IMG/VR virus record: IMGVR_UViG_3300037310_000404 | Coordinates: 62,998-126,997 of that record | Length of the DNA: 64,000 nt | Strand: one strand, 5' to 3' | DNA from: a virus | Part shown: positions 1 to 9,727 of the stretch, piece after piece | Numbering within the stretch: position 1 is the first letter of the stretch | Layout: each line of letters opens with the position of its first letter | Program-made: the position numbers and the translations under genes | Notes under the pieces: model-generated | What the model saw: the letters and a program-made list of their open reading frames with translations, nothing else | What the model was told of the DNA's origin: nothing | Databases searched by the model: none

Positions 1-82
1 GCGTGATGATTTGTTAAAAAATTTGGATGAAGAAGATCAATAATTGTAGTATAATATATTCAATCCACCACTTACGAGGTAA

Positions 83-877
83 ATGCAGGAGATGAAAAAC
101 CAACAACTTGGCAATGACGCTATCGGACATCATATCATTGCGGATCTACACGGTATTAAAAATTCAGATACTTTTGATAATATAGAAATAATGAAATCGC
201 TGCTAATGGCAGCCGCTAAAAAAGCGAAAATGAAAGTAGTATCTGAGGCATGGTACAAGTTCGAGCCAACTGGTCTGACAGGCGTTTTGGTTTTGGCTTC
301 ATCTCATATCAGTGTGCATTACTGGCCCGAAAAACAGTTCTTGCATTGCGATATATTTACTTGTAATGACGGCGTTGCCGAACATGCTCTTGAGTATATT
401 ATCGATGCCTTAAAGCCGGATTTGAACAAGTCGAAAATTATAAATATTGACAGAAGCATCTACAAGGAAACAAAGCCATTTGGTTTTTCATTTTTAATTG
501 ATGGACTTGGATGCGCATCACTTAAAGATCTTGACGATATCGATATAGCCTACGACTTTTTAAATGAACTCACCGAATCCATAGGTATGACGAAGCAATC
601 GGAGCCATGCGTGGTGAGGACCGATGCCAAGAAATTTCCCGATAAGCGCGGATTGTCAGGCGCAGTTTTTTTGGTAGAATCATCGATAACTATCCACACT
701 ATATCAACGGCTGATAAACGCTTTGTTACGGTTGATTGCTACAGCTGCAGGCCGTTTGACAAAGAAATAGTTAAAAAAGTAATTAAGAAATACTACAAGC
801 CGAAAATGTTCAGCAAAGAACAGTATCTTGAGCGTGGCGTTGAATACCATGCATATAACGATTCTAGAAAGGCGTAA
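83..877 (+). CDS. speD: Tandem two-domain S-adenosylmethionine decarboxylase-family proenzyme
   Basis: Domain 1: GHHIIADLHG...FEPTGLTGVLVLASSHISVHYWPE...DIFTC. Domain 2: GLSGAVFLVESSITIHT...DCYSCRPFD. Confidence 0.8.
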   Translation: MQEMKNQQLGNDAIGHHIIADLHGIKNSDTFDNIEIMKSLLMAAAKKAKMKVVSEAWYKFEPTGLTGVLVLASSHISVHYWPEKQFLHCDIFTCNDGVAEHALEYIIDALKPDLNKSKIINIDRSIYKETKPFGFSFLIDGLGCASLKDLDDIDIAYDFLNELTESIGMTKQSEPCVVRTDAKKFPDKRGLSGAVFLVESSITIHTISTADKRFVTVDCYSCRPFDKEIVKKVIKKYYKPKMFSKEQYLERGVEYHAYNDSRKA

Positions 878-892
878 TCGGTGGAGGAATAA

Positions 893-2965
893 ATGGACAA
901 TATAGAAATTCAGGCTTTAGCCGACGCGCTTGTAGAAAAGCTAAAGGAAGATGGTATTAAAATCTTCCCAGAAACCGCAAGTGCTATAGCGCAAGAAATA
1001 GCAGCAGAGCACCAAAAGGATCCAGGTATCCCAATTGATGTCATTGTTAAAAGGCAATATGCAAAGATACGCGGCATCAAGGAGGACGGTGGGGGCCTTT
1101 CTGGTACTGTTGCTTCTTTATTGCCAAAAATTGCTCTTTTGGAAAAGGAATTGCTTGTCGTTGCTGCCCGTGGACCGATTACGCCAGAGGAAATTAAGGC
1201 ATGGCGTAAGCGTATCTACGACGAAGTATATATACCTTTCCAAAATATTGGTGCGGAGATATCTGATAAAGTAGCCGATCTCATGCAGAAATTTGAAGAA
1301 CTGTCTAAAAATAAACATGAGGCGGAAGAAGAATTTAATGTCTTAGTTCAAAAAGCAAATCAGGCATTTAAAGACCTTATTGATCGCGGTAGCCCTTCTG
1401 CCGGACCAGTTAGAAGAAGGTATGTCGACGCAAAGTACGATCTAGTCCACAAGTCAGAGGAAATAACCAAAGCAACTGCCGAGTTAAATTTTACCCGTGG
1501 TCTTTTAACCTACCTTACTGGGGCTGGAGATTATTTAAAGAAAACCGTGAGACTTCCGGAAAACTTCGGAGTTCAACTTGATGGCGCTAGTGCATATTTG
1601 AGACAAGCCGGAGTAACACTTGGCGAAATATCTGAAATCATAAATGCGCTTAAAGATAAGAAAAATCCAAACAGCTTAAAGCTTAAGGAGATGGTGAAGG
1701 AGGGACCGGAAAGGCATAGGTTGCCAATTTGGATGGCTCGTTCACTGAGCAATAATCCAACCTTAACGGCCCAAGAGGCCTCCATTGGACCAGGCGTAAC
1801 CAATATTGATGCAGAGAAGTTTGAGAACTCGTCCATTTTCTATGAAGCGGGCAGACGTTTGTGGGAAAAGATAAATGAACAAAATCCAGATATGTCTCAA
1901 GAAGAAAAGCTAGCCAAATACAACACGGAAGTTGATATATACAAGCAAAAAATGCTTAATACAGTGGCTAAGATCAACAAGCTTCCTGATACTTGGCGCA
2001 AATTCAGAGAAATATACGAGATCCTTGATCCGGAAGCTCCTGAGCAGGTAGCTGCCCTACATTCTACTACCGAAGAGTCCCCTGAATCGTATCAAAAATG
2101 GCATACTCCAACCAGCATTCAATCGCTAAATATCGACCCGGATGACGACGCCGCGATGCGTAGCGCCAAATGGTATTTAAATAAGAAAAATACCCGCGCC
2201 TGGTCTGAAATCAGAAAGATGGCGGAGGCTCAGAACCCAAACGCTCATTGGTCAACGCTATTTGCTTTGAGCCATATGCAACCAACCAAGTATGATCCGA
2301 AAACTGGAAAGACTTATGGCGAACAATTTCTTTCGGAGTTAAGCGAAGAAAAACGTAAAGATCCCGACATGCAAGCTGCCGCTCAGAAGATAGACGGAAT
2401 TATGGCTACTAAGCGTAAGGAAATGGCCATTCAGGTTATATTTAACCCAGGTGTTCCTGATTGGATATTGATGAGGTTGGCCTCTTTGGGCTATCGTAGC
2501 TCGGCAAATGGACAAGTCCAAAAAGAAGCCGATGAGTCATACGACTTTATTAGGAAGCTTGCCTACGAGATGCTACTTTCTCGTGGCTGGAAGCTTGAGC
2601 GCGATGCTGAGGGCAAACCAGTTGGACACAGACTTGGTGGCGGCCATGAGTTCGGATTCTCTTTCAAGAAAACCACTGATGCGACGACTAAGAGCGCATC
2701 TATCAGGAATGTTGTTTCCCAGCAAGTAGCTCAGCAAAATCCTCAGATTAGCGCTATTGATCAACAGATAAGCAGCGAGAGTGATCAAATCAAGCAGTTA
2801 GAAAATCAAATCAATCAGAAAAGACAAAGAATAAAGGTTCTGGAAGACAACAAAAAACCTCTTATGGAGGAACAGCAGCGTGCACAGGAGGCAAACCAGA
2901 GGATGATGTCTGATTATTCGCAGGGTAAACCTGTGCAGCCAACGTCTCCGGTTCCAGCAGCATAA
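893..2965 (+). CDS. Large hypothetical protein with C-terminal coiled coil
   Basis: 690-aa ORF, SD GGAGGA upstream, Q/E/K-rich tail. Confidence 0.8.
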   Translation: MDNIEIQALADALVEKLKEDGIKIFPETASAIAQEIAAEHQKDPGIPIDVIVKRQYAKIRGIKEDGGGLSGTVASLLPKIALLEKELLVVAARGPITPEEIKAWRKRIYDEVYIPFQNIGAEISDKVADLMQKFEELSKNKHEAEEEFNVLVQKANQAFKDLIDRGSPSAGPVRRRYVDAKYDLVHKSEEITKATAELNFTRGLLTYLTGAGDYLKKTVRLPENFGVQLDGASAYLRQAGVTLGEISEIINALKDKKNPNSLKLKEMVKEGPERHRLPIWMARSLSNNPTLTAQEASIGPGVTNIDAEKFENSSIFYEAGRRLWEKINEQNPDMSQEEKLAKYNTEVDIYKQKMLNTVAKINKLPDTWRKFREIYEILDPEAPEQVAALHSTTEESPESYQKWHTPTSIQSLNIDPDDDAAMRSAKWYLNKKNTRAWSEIRKMAEAQNPNAHWSTLFALSHMQPTKYDPKTGKTYGEQFLSELSEEKRKDPDMQAAAQKIDGIMATKRKEMAIQVIFNPGVPDWILMRLASLGYRSSANGQVQKEADESYDFIRKLAYEMLLSRGWKLERDAEGKPVGHRLGGGHEFGFSFKKTTDATTKSASIRNVVSQQVAQQNPQISAIDQQISSESDQIKQLENQINQKRQRIKVLEDNKKPLMEEQQRAQEANQRMMSDYSQGKPVQPTSPVPAA

Positions 2966-2966
2966 T

Positions 2967-3608
2967 ATGTTAAATTATTCATCTAGAAAAAGCTTCAGAC
3001 TAAAGTGTGTGGCTGATGTTTTCCCAGCGGGATCGCCAGCTAACAGTCCAATTGGTCAAGCTGTTATGAATACCGTAATGCCAGGGGTAGGTACAGCAGC
3101 CAAGCAGATCAATCAAAACTTTGGCAAAGACGAGTTAGCTCTTGATCAGCAGCCGAATCCGGCAAACGAGCATCTTGAGAATATCGGTGGTCCGAAAGTG
3201 ACTATTGAGCCAGCATTCCAAAGCATGATCCAAAACGCTGTTAATTTCGTTAATAACAAATATCCGGATCTTCTGCGTGATGTTACCGACGTGTTTGGAC
3301 ATGTAGAGGACGGTGGAGTATTTGGTGAATTCAAGACAACTAAACCTCATTCAATTTTTATAAATATAAGAGATATTGAATCGAAGGTGCGCCAGGTATT
3401 ACAGGGCCACGATGAAAATGCTATAAAAAAAGAAATAGAAAATCAAATAATCAAAACACTAATTCACGAAAGCACTCATCGTAAGGAGTTTGGCGACACT
3501 GGATACTCTACCGAAAGCGGTCCAGAGCAAGCTGAAAAAGCCGTGGAACCGTTTCTGGAACAAATATCCAATCGAGAAGGCTTGAATATTATAACTTCTA
3601 GAGCTTAA
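2967..3608 (+). CDS. Putative zinc metallopeptidase-like protein (HEXXH)
   Basis: LIHESTHRKE motif followed by a downstream E (TESGPE). Confidence 0.55.
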   Translation: MLNYSSRKSFRLKCVADVFPAGSPANSPIGQAVMNTVMPGVGTAAKQINQNFGKDELALDQQPNPANEHLENIGGPKVTIEPAFQSMIQNAVNFVNNKYPDLLRDVTDVFGHVEDGGVFGEFKTTKPHSIFINIRDIESKVRQVLQGHDENAIKKEIENQIIKTLIHESTHRKEFGDTGYSTESGPEQAEKAVEPFLEQISNREGLNIITSRA

Positions 3609-3628
3609 TTTAAATATAGCTAGATAAT

Positions 3629-3660
3629 AAAAAAGACCTGACAATTGTCAGGTCTTTTTT
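3629..3660. terminator. Bidirectional intrinsic terminator
   Basis: Perfect 32-bp palindrome aaaaaagacctgacaa/ttgtcaggtctttttt between convergent genes. Confidence 0.9.
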
Positions 3661-3681
3661 ATTTACTGTTGGTTGTGTTGT

Positions 3682-4104
3682 TTATGATAGAACTAAGTCT
3701 TTGGTCGGTGACAAGAGTTTTTTAAACTGACCACTCAAAATATCCTGGAATGTCTGCACGTCAAACGACCTTTTCTTTAGCTTATCTGTTTTCTTGTCAT
3801 ATTCAATAGAGAGCAGCCCTTCAAGCAATGCTTTTGTTCTTGCCGGACCTATCTCTTCTGCCCAAAACTCATCTGTAACGGTTATCATCACGGTCGAGTT
3901 TGTAAGTAGAGTGTATGGTTCTCTTATGATTCTGACATTAACATGCTTTTTCCCCAACTTGTTTTTGCCGCTCTTAAAAAAGAACCTTAACTCGGCCGGG
4001 TTAAGATGGGCAAATCTTTCCTTAAACTCGTCTAAAATTTTCACTGCCTCTTCTTGAACTTCTTTGGCTTCGTAATACTTATCAGTTTTCTTTTGTTGTG
4101 CCAT
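3682..4104 (-). CDS. Phage metallopeptidase-like protein with degenerate active site
   Basis: Family-like layout (HLNPAELRFFF...MITV..EFW...ALLEGLLSI...FDVQTF..IL), but the HExxH position reads LEGLL. Confidence 0.45.
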   Translation of the reverse strand: MAQQKKTDKYYEAKEVQEEAVKILDEFKERFAHLNPAELRFFFKSGKNKLGKKHVNVRIIREPYTLLTNSTVMITVTDEFWAEEIGPARTKALLEGLLSIEYDKKTDKLKKRSFDVQTFQDILSGQFKKLLSPTKDLVLS

Positions 4105-4549
4105 TACCTTCCCCTGAGTTAAGTTTCATGATATCGGAACAGTCTGGACAAGAAATATACGAATGCGAATCTATCCTGAATCTTAGCGAGGATAGTTGGG
4201 CTAAAATTTCGGACTCAATTTTGCCAACGTTCTTAGCCACATTATGGATCGCATTATCGCAAGTCTTCCTGTCCTTATAGAACTTGTTGTGAGACCTATG
4301 ATACTTGGAATCATCAATGAACACAACTTTAATCTTAAGTTTCTTTAAATAATCAAATATCATTTTATCGATATTTTGATTTCTAGTGAAACCCTCTTCT
4401 TTGTTGATTCTAACTTCTAAGATGCTTTTATTTTCGCATCCTTCAAGAATGTCAATAATGACATCATAATGATTAAGTTTTAGTAACTCTTCCAGTGTCC
4501 TATTCATCATGGCAAAGACTCCGGCTTTCGGATTAAGCCTTCGGGGCAT
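4082..4549 (-). CDS. Hypothetical protein
   Basis: 155-aa ORF coupled to its neighbours; C-terminal CPDC. Confidence 0.65.
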   Translation of the reverse strand: MPRRLNPKAGVFAMMNRTLEELLKLNHYDVIIDILEGCENKSILEVRINKEEGFTRNQNIDKMIFDYLKKLKIKVVFIDDSKYHRSHNKFYKDRKTCDNAIHNVAKNVGKIESEILAQLSSLRFRIDSHSYISCPDCSDIMKLNSGEGNGTTKEN

Positions 4550-5150
4550 TTTTATATATAGTCTCTACCTTTTCAGCCAATTCCTCAAGAGTTCCTTGAT
4601 TATAGACTACATTTTCAAAAGCGACATCATCTAAGTCTTTTTCTGAAATGTCGTCTATGTCCAACTGTCCGTCCGGCCTTATTAATCTTATAATTGTTGA
4701 GTTTGGAATTTTCTTGACAATGCCAATTTCGTTTTTAAACCTAAGATCATCAATACAAAATATAATGCCGTTCGGGGTTTCGGCATTAGTTTTAATAATT
4801 CTATCATAAACAATGTCAGCCCATATGGTTGGTCTGATTTCCCTAAACTTAGCGCCTATGTTGATGAGGAGCTGGCGGCCCTTATCTTGTATCAACTGCG
4901 GGACTATGTAAACTGCCGCGCTAGTGTTTGGAAGAGGTCCTGCCGGAGGCATTGTGTGCGAATGGTCGTAGTAAAGCTCTTTGTCGCCATCCCAGCCGAA
5001 ATACTCTTTGGCTATTTCCTTAAGGGCAGATGCAAAAGAAATTCGCCGGAACTCAAGACCCTCTTTTTCGACTAGTGCTTTTAGTATATTAGAAGATTCC
5101 GTCTTACCAGATTGTGCTTTGCCTGAAAACGCAATAAGTCTATTTGGCAT
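4533..5150 (-). CDS. Deoxynucleoside monophosphate kinase
   Basis: P-loop SGKAQSGKT, FASALKEIA, GRQLLINIG, IDDLRFKNE. Confidence 0.85.
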   Translation of the reverse strand: MPNRLIAFSGKAQSGKTESSNILKALVEKEGLEFRRISFASALKEIAKEYFGWDGDKELYYDHSHTMPPAGPLPNTSAAVYIVPQLIQDKGRQLLINIGAKFREIRPTIWADIVYDRIIKTNAETPNGIIFCIDDLRFKNEIGIVKKIPNSTIIRLIRPDGQLDIDDISEKDLDDVAFENVVYNQGTLEELAEKVETIYKNAPKA

Positions 5151-5204
5151 GGAAAACCTGAAAAATATATATCTCTATTATACTAAAAAATAATAAAAAA
5201 TCTA

Positions 5205-6020
5205 TTACGGATTATAGGTTTTTATGGGCGCTAGATTGTAATACTTTTCAACAAAATTTTTATTATACAATCTTTCCTTTTCTAACTTAGAAATTACACC
5301 TCTTAAAAAGGTAGAGAACTTAGTTCCTCTGCCCGCATGTCTCCATTCCCACCCACGAGCCTTTCTATCTGTTTCTATCATGCATCTAGCCGCACAATTG
5401 GTTGGAATATCCATTAAGTCTTCTATGGTTCTTATCTTTTTAATCTTAAAATTAATTATACCGCTTTCGTATAGATAATTTAATAATTTTACGTTATTTA
5501 AATTATCCTCATTTATCTGCCATGAGTAATAATCCATCGTGTCTTTCATTACTGTTTTTTTAATCGATGGCAAGTATGTACCAGCCTTCCAGCTGCTAAT
5601 TAATTTATTATTAAACCCTGACTCGTCCATGCCCCATTGTAGTATTTGAACTATCCGATCTATGTGATTATCGCCGAGATCGGTGAAAACCCATGAGTTA
5701 TCAAAAGCCGCCTTAACGTGACTCTCGATCATGGGAAGGCTTCTCTTATACCCCTGTTTTTTGAGATTATCCCTTATTTCGTAGGATAATATTTTAATTA
5801 AAAGAGCTCCCTGGTATCTGGCCAATCTATTGTTAGATCTTAGTTCAGAATCTGCTAGGGCTCTTTGGTTGTTATTATATAATTCAATTACTTGAGTACG
5901 CAACCTTTGTAGTTCAACGTCTTGCGCCATGGCAGTTTGTGTAGTACTGTCCGCCAATAGGCCCTTCGATAACAACGTGGTTAATAATATGATAATGATC
6001 AGCGTCTTTCTAATGCTCAT
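5205..6020 (-). CDS. Signal-peptide-bearing lysozyme/lytic transglycosylase-like protein
   Basis: Hydrophobic N-terminus; DESGFN and DYYSWQINE resemble the ES.FN and DYG..QIN motifs. Confidence 0.5.
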   Translation of the reverse strand: MSIRKTLIIIILLTTLLSKGLLADSTTQTAMAQDVELQRLRTQVIELYNNNQRALADSELRSNNRLARYQGALLIKILSYEIRDNLKKQGYKRSLPMIESHVKAAFDNSWVFTDLGDNHIDRIVQILQWGMDESGFNNKLISSWKAGTYLPSIKKTVMKDTMDYYSWQINEDNLNNVKLLNYLYESGIINFKIKKIRTIEDLMDIPTNCAARCMIETDRKARGWEWRHAGRGTKFSTFLRGVISKLEKERLYNKNFVEKYYNLAPIKTYNP

Positions 6021-6101
6021 GATTACCTTTCTACTGCATCCGTAATTAAATTTGCAGATTTAATATAATACTTTTTTATAAAAAAATTTTTTAATTACGG
6101 T

Positions 6102-6147
6102 AAACAAAAACCCGTCTGCGAAAGTGTGATTTCGATCACAGACGGGT
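6102..6147 (-). terminator. Intrinsic terminator with branched loop
   Basis: 9-bp stem ACCCGTCTG/CAGACGGGT enclosing a TGAT-CGAA-ATCA hairpin, then TTTTGTTT on the minus strand. Confidence 0.7.
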
Positions 6148-6157
6148 CTTGTTTTGA

Positions 6158-6352
6158 TTAGTTTACACCCAACTGACGTAGTCCTGCACGCTTTACTGCC
6201 TTTGTAAAGCTGCCAAAGCGCTCCTCGATAGTGCTAGAAGCGAACTTTCTGCGAGCGCTGTTGCGGTAGCGGCTTCTTGAGATTACTCTTGAGGCACCTG
6301 CCACTGCGCGCAAATTGGTTAGCAACTCTTCGCTACTAAACTTGTTTGCCAT
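6158..6352 (-). CDS. Stand-alone homing-endonuclease-associated repeat protein
   Basis: EELLTNLRAVA...SSTIEERFGSFTKAVKRAGL; ATG 6352 preceded by GGGAGGG. Confidence 0.65.
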   Translation of the reverse strand: MANKFSSEELLTNLRAVAGASRVISRSRYRNSARRKFASSTIEERFGSFTKAVKRAGLRQLGVN

Positions 6353-6401
6353 TTTATTTTCCCTCCCTTCTCGTGTAAGCATTTAGTGAATTACTAATTA
6401 A

Positions 6402-6429
6402 ATTATACCAAATCTCCGCAAAAAGTCAA
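6402..6429 (-). promoter_or_regulatory. sigma70-type promoter
   Basis: TTGACT-16-TATAAT with TG extension. Confidence 0.6.
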
Positions 6430-6489
6430 CTTCAATTTAATTTTGATATAATGATAAATGCATAATTAATATATTCTCAGGTTGAACTA

Positions 6490-7212
6490 ATGTATAATTT
6501 AAGCATTCTTTCAATTTTTAGAAACAGCTCAGATTACCTTCAAAATTATATAAACAACGTAAAAAAAGCATTCGCTCATAATGGTGGCAAATGCCATGCG
6601 ATCTGGCTTGAGGGCGATTCGGCCGACACGACCCTTCAAATGCTTGAGGCGGCTAAGAAAGAGATGGAGAATGAGAACATCACCGTGACCTTGGTTAAAT
6701 ATGACCTAGGGCTGCCTCATTCCGGCGGGGACCATCCAGAAAGATGGTTTAGGCTCGGTAATTGTTGGAATCGATGTCTGGATGAGCTCAAACCGTCCGA
6801 CTATACTGTGTGCGTAGAGAGCGACCTGATGTGGCAGCCATCGATCATAGCTAAGCTTTGTCGAGAGGTTAATGAGCAAAGAAATGTCGTATTCCCGATG
6901 CTTATGCGCCATTATCCATTCGATAACCAGTTCCACGATACCCATGGATTTACAAGGAACGGATCCAACTTCACTAATGGGTTGCCCTTCTGGAGAGTTG
7001 CCCAGGGGATGTCAGAAGATGAGAATTGGCTAGAAATAACGACTGGTGGCGGCATGATAGTATCAAAATATGACTATCAGAAACTCGGAAAATTCGGATT
7101 GCACGACTGCATCATGCATTATCCGGAAAATGTCAAACTGTTCATGAGCAAGAACTTAAAAATATATCATCCACCAGCTAATTCTGGAGAGACTGAGGTT
7201 GTTTATAAGTGA
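6490..7212 (+). CDS. GT-A fold glycosyltransferase-like protein
   Basis: EGDSADTT, N..L...DYTVCVESDL; first gene of the glycan cluster. Confidence 0.6.
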   Translation: MYNLSILSIFRNSSDYLQNYINNVKKAFAHNGGKCHAIWLEGDSADTTLQMLEAAKKEMENENITVTLVKYDLGLPHSGGDHPERWFRLGNCWNRCLDELKPSDYTVCVESDLMWQPSIIAKLCREVNEQRNVVFPMLMRHYPFDNQFHDTHGFTRNGSNFTNGLPFWRVAQGMSEDENWLEITTGGGMIVSKYDYQKLGKFGLHDCIMHYPENVKLFMSKNLKIYHPPANSGETEVVYK

Positions 7213-8135
7213 AGAAAGTACTTTTTGTAAACACCTCGCGAAAGCAGTGTGGTGTCCATCAATATGGATATAACATGTTCAGATGCCTCGCGAGGTCATC
7301 TAAATATAGTTTTGCCTACATCGAGGCTCCAAATCTGAGTGTTGCGGTAGAGGCTTATAGACAATTCGGGCCAGATATAGTCATATGCAATTATCACCAG
7401 GGCGCTAGTGCATTTTTAAATCCAAACCAACCAAGGGCCTTTGGTTTAGCCAAAACCTTCTGCATTCTGCATGAAGACATAGATGGCAGCTTTAGCAGGG
7501 GATTCTACGACTACTACATATTTGGCGATCCGCAATGGGCTTTAGCGAACAACTTTAGGCTGTCTGTTCCCAGGTTCGTTTTTGACTATGAAAACAAGAT
7601 GCCAGATCCGGAAATTCCTACATTTGGCACTTTTGGGTTTTCTTTTCCCGGAAAAGATTACAATAAATTCCTGGAAACTATTCAGTCTCAATATGACAAA
7701 GCTATAATAAAAATTCACTCTCCGCAAAATGACGTAATGATCCATGACCACCATCAGCGAATGTTGGCCGATGTCATGTCAAAGAAAAAGGATGGAATCG
7801 ATGTTCAATTTTCAAGAAATTTCTTGGAACGTGAGCAGGTGCTGGATTTTCTGGCATCAAATACGGCGAATGTCTTCATTTATGACAAAAGCAGCCATCT
7901 TGACGGAATATCAAGCGTCATTGACTTTGCCATAGCGGCTAAAAGGCCGGTTATAGTTAATAAATGTGCTTTATTCAGGCATGTTCTTCACCTCCCCATA
8001 AATATTGAAGATCATGATGTAAAATCAATTGTATCGCGTGGGGCAACGATATTCGACGAGCTCAGGGACCGCTGGTCGGAACAAAAAAACATTGAGTTCT
8101 ATGAGAATCTATTCGAAAGGATCTTGGCCGAGTGA
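7209..8135 (+). CDS. GT-B fold glycosyltransferase-like protein
   Basis: CGVHQYG, TFGF..PGK, ISSVIDFAIAAKRPVIV. Confidence 0.6.
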   Translation: MKKVLFVNTSRKQCGVHQYGYNMFRCLARSSKYSFAYIEAPNLSVAVEAYRQFGPDIVICNYHQGASAFLNPNQPRAFGLAKTFCILHEDIDGSFSRGFYDYYIFGDPQWALANNFRLSVPRFVFDYENKMPDPEIPTFGTFGFSFPGKDYNKFLETIQSQYDKAIIKIHSPQNDVMIHDHHQRMLADVMSKKKDGIDVQFSRNFLEREQVLDFLASNTANVFIYDKSSHLDGISSVIDFAIAAKRPVIVNKCALFRHVLHLPINIEDHDVKSIVSRGATIFDELRDRWSEQKNIEFYENLFERILAE

Positions 8136-8926
8136 TTCCAATTGACATGACCGCAGACTGGTTGCCCGTTGGAGAAAACGAGCCGAAAACTCACGGTGTC
8201 GGAGACACTCTCCTGATCAGCTCTGTTGTTCGCGAGATATCTCAAAGATATCCGGACAAAAAGATCATAGTAAAAACCCGTGGTCCTAAAGAGATATTCT
8301 ATAACAACCCACGAGTTTATAGAGTTGAGCATGGATACTGGGGAGAGTATGAGTTTTGGCCTCATGGCCGCTGGCGCGGCATGCATCAAATTCAGAACCT
8401 CTGCGAAAGCTATGGCATACATAACGCCGATATAACGCCCGAGTTATTTATCAGCGATAAAGAAAGAATGGTTGCCGAAAAAAGCCTACAGATGTTAACG
8501 GGTGGTAAGCCAGCCATCATGTTTTGCGGAGCAGCAACTCATCCCGAAAGAAATTGGGATAATAATAAGTGGGCCGATCTTATAGCCATGCTCAGTAGGA
8601 AGTATGAAGTCTTCCAAATGGAAGAGACTCTTCGATACGACTTTGAGTCCGGAGACATAACCGAGATCTACCCCGCCATACCGGGTGCGCGCCAAGAATT
8701 GCGTGGCTTTGGGCTTAGAAAGCTTTTTGCTATGATGTCGGTAAGTAGAAAATATCTTGGTGTAAATACCGGATGGATGGTCGCCGGATGTGCCTTTGGA
8801 TATGACAATTACACGGTCCTACAAAACAAAACTCCGTTTTGGATGTTCCCGAGAAACAAGAATTTTGTGAAAGAAGATGATTACGCTACGATCAGGAAAA
8901 CGATCGAAGAAGATTGGATGAAATGA
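8132..8926 (+). CDS. GT9 (heptosyltransferase-like) glycosyltransferase
   Basis: GVGDTLL, EIFYNNP, R.WD..KWADL, YLGVNTGWM. Confidence 0.65.
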   Translation: MIPIDMTADWLPVGENEPKTHGVGDTLLISSVVREISQRYPDKKIIVKTRGPKEIFYNNPRVYRVEHGYWGEYEFWPHGRWRGMHQIQNLCESYGIHNADITPELFISDKERMVAEKSLQMLTGGKPAIMFCGAATHPERNWDNNKWADLIAMLSRKYEVFQMEETLRYDFESGDITEIYPAIPGARQELRGFGLRKLFAMMSVSRKYLGVNTGWMVAGCAFGYDNYTVLQNKTPFWMFPRNKNFVKEDDYATIRKTIEEDWMK

Positions 8927-8980
8927 GTTTTAATAAAACACTTTAGCGGAAGAGCTCATTAAATAATAAATGAAGATTAG

Positions 8981-9727
8981 GTGAACACAGTGAAAATAGC
9001 TATCGCCAGTCGCGGCCTTGTTAGAAGTCCATGGAACAACAGCATCGGACCACACGATACGTCATCCGTCATGTGGTGCGTTGAAAACTTAAACATACTA
9101 AAGGGGCAACTGGGCGATCACGAGATAAAGACATTTTTCTGTTCGTGGAAGTATGCAAACGCAATAGAGTATGCTGGTCATTTCGATACAAGTTTACTGT
9201 TAGATGAACCGTCTCATAAAGAGTCATATGAAAGGCTCCCGAGACAACCGATGTGGTTTAGAGATCCTGGTCATTACTGTCATGGCACCAGCTCTTTGTA
9301 TAAATTTTTTCATCAATCAAGAGAATTGATGAAGACGGTAAAATCTGCTGACGGCGATTTTGATTATATCATAGCCTACAGGCCAGATCTAAGAATTAAA
9401 ATGGGGAATATCTCGGAATGGTTTAATGGAGACTATGTGATACCAGGAATGTCCTGCATCAACTTTAATGACCATATCAACATAGCGCCAGCAAAAAGCA
9501 TGTACGATGTCTGGGATTATAGTGACGAGGAGCTTCTGGCGGCAGTTGATAAATCACTAGACACAGAAGACGTATTAAAAAATCTTGTTCTAGACAGTGG
9601 TTTAAATTTTTCGACTAATGTCAATATCCAGGAATACAAGTTGCGCAATTTTGACGTGCGTGCTCATTATCATGCTGGCGGCTACGAAGCGATGCGCAAA
9701 CAGCTACTGGGGAAACAGGGGTCATGA
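8981..9727 (+). CDS. Hypothetical glycan-cluster protein
   Basis: IAIASRG...FDYIIAYRPDL...NDHI; GTG start. Confidence 0.55.
   Translation: MNTVKIAIASRGLVRSPWNNSIGPHDTSSVMWCVENLNILKGQLGDHEIKTFFCSWKYANAIEYAGHFDTSLLLDEPSHKESYERLPRQPMWFRDPGHYCHGTSSLYKFFHQSRELMKTVKSADGDFDYIIAYRPDLRIKMGNISEWFNGDYVIPGMSCINFNDHINIAPAKSMYDVWDYSDEELLAAVDKSLDTEDVLKNLVLDSGLNFSTNVNIQEYKLRNFDVRAHYHAGGYEAMRKQLLGKQGS

Noticed and set aside
4900-4990. Pro-rich insertion in the dNMP kinase as an intein or intron
   Set aside because: Only about 25 aa, in frame, and without splicing motifs.
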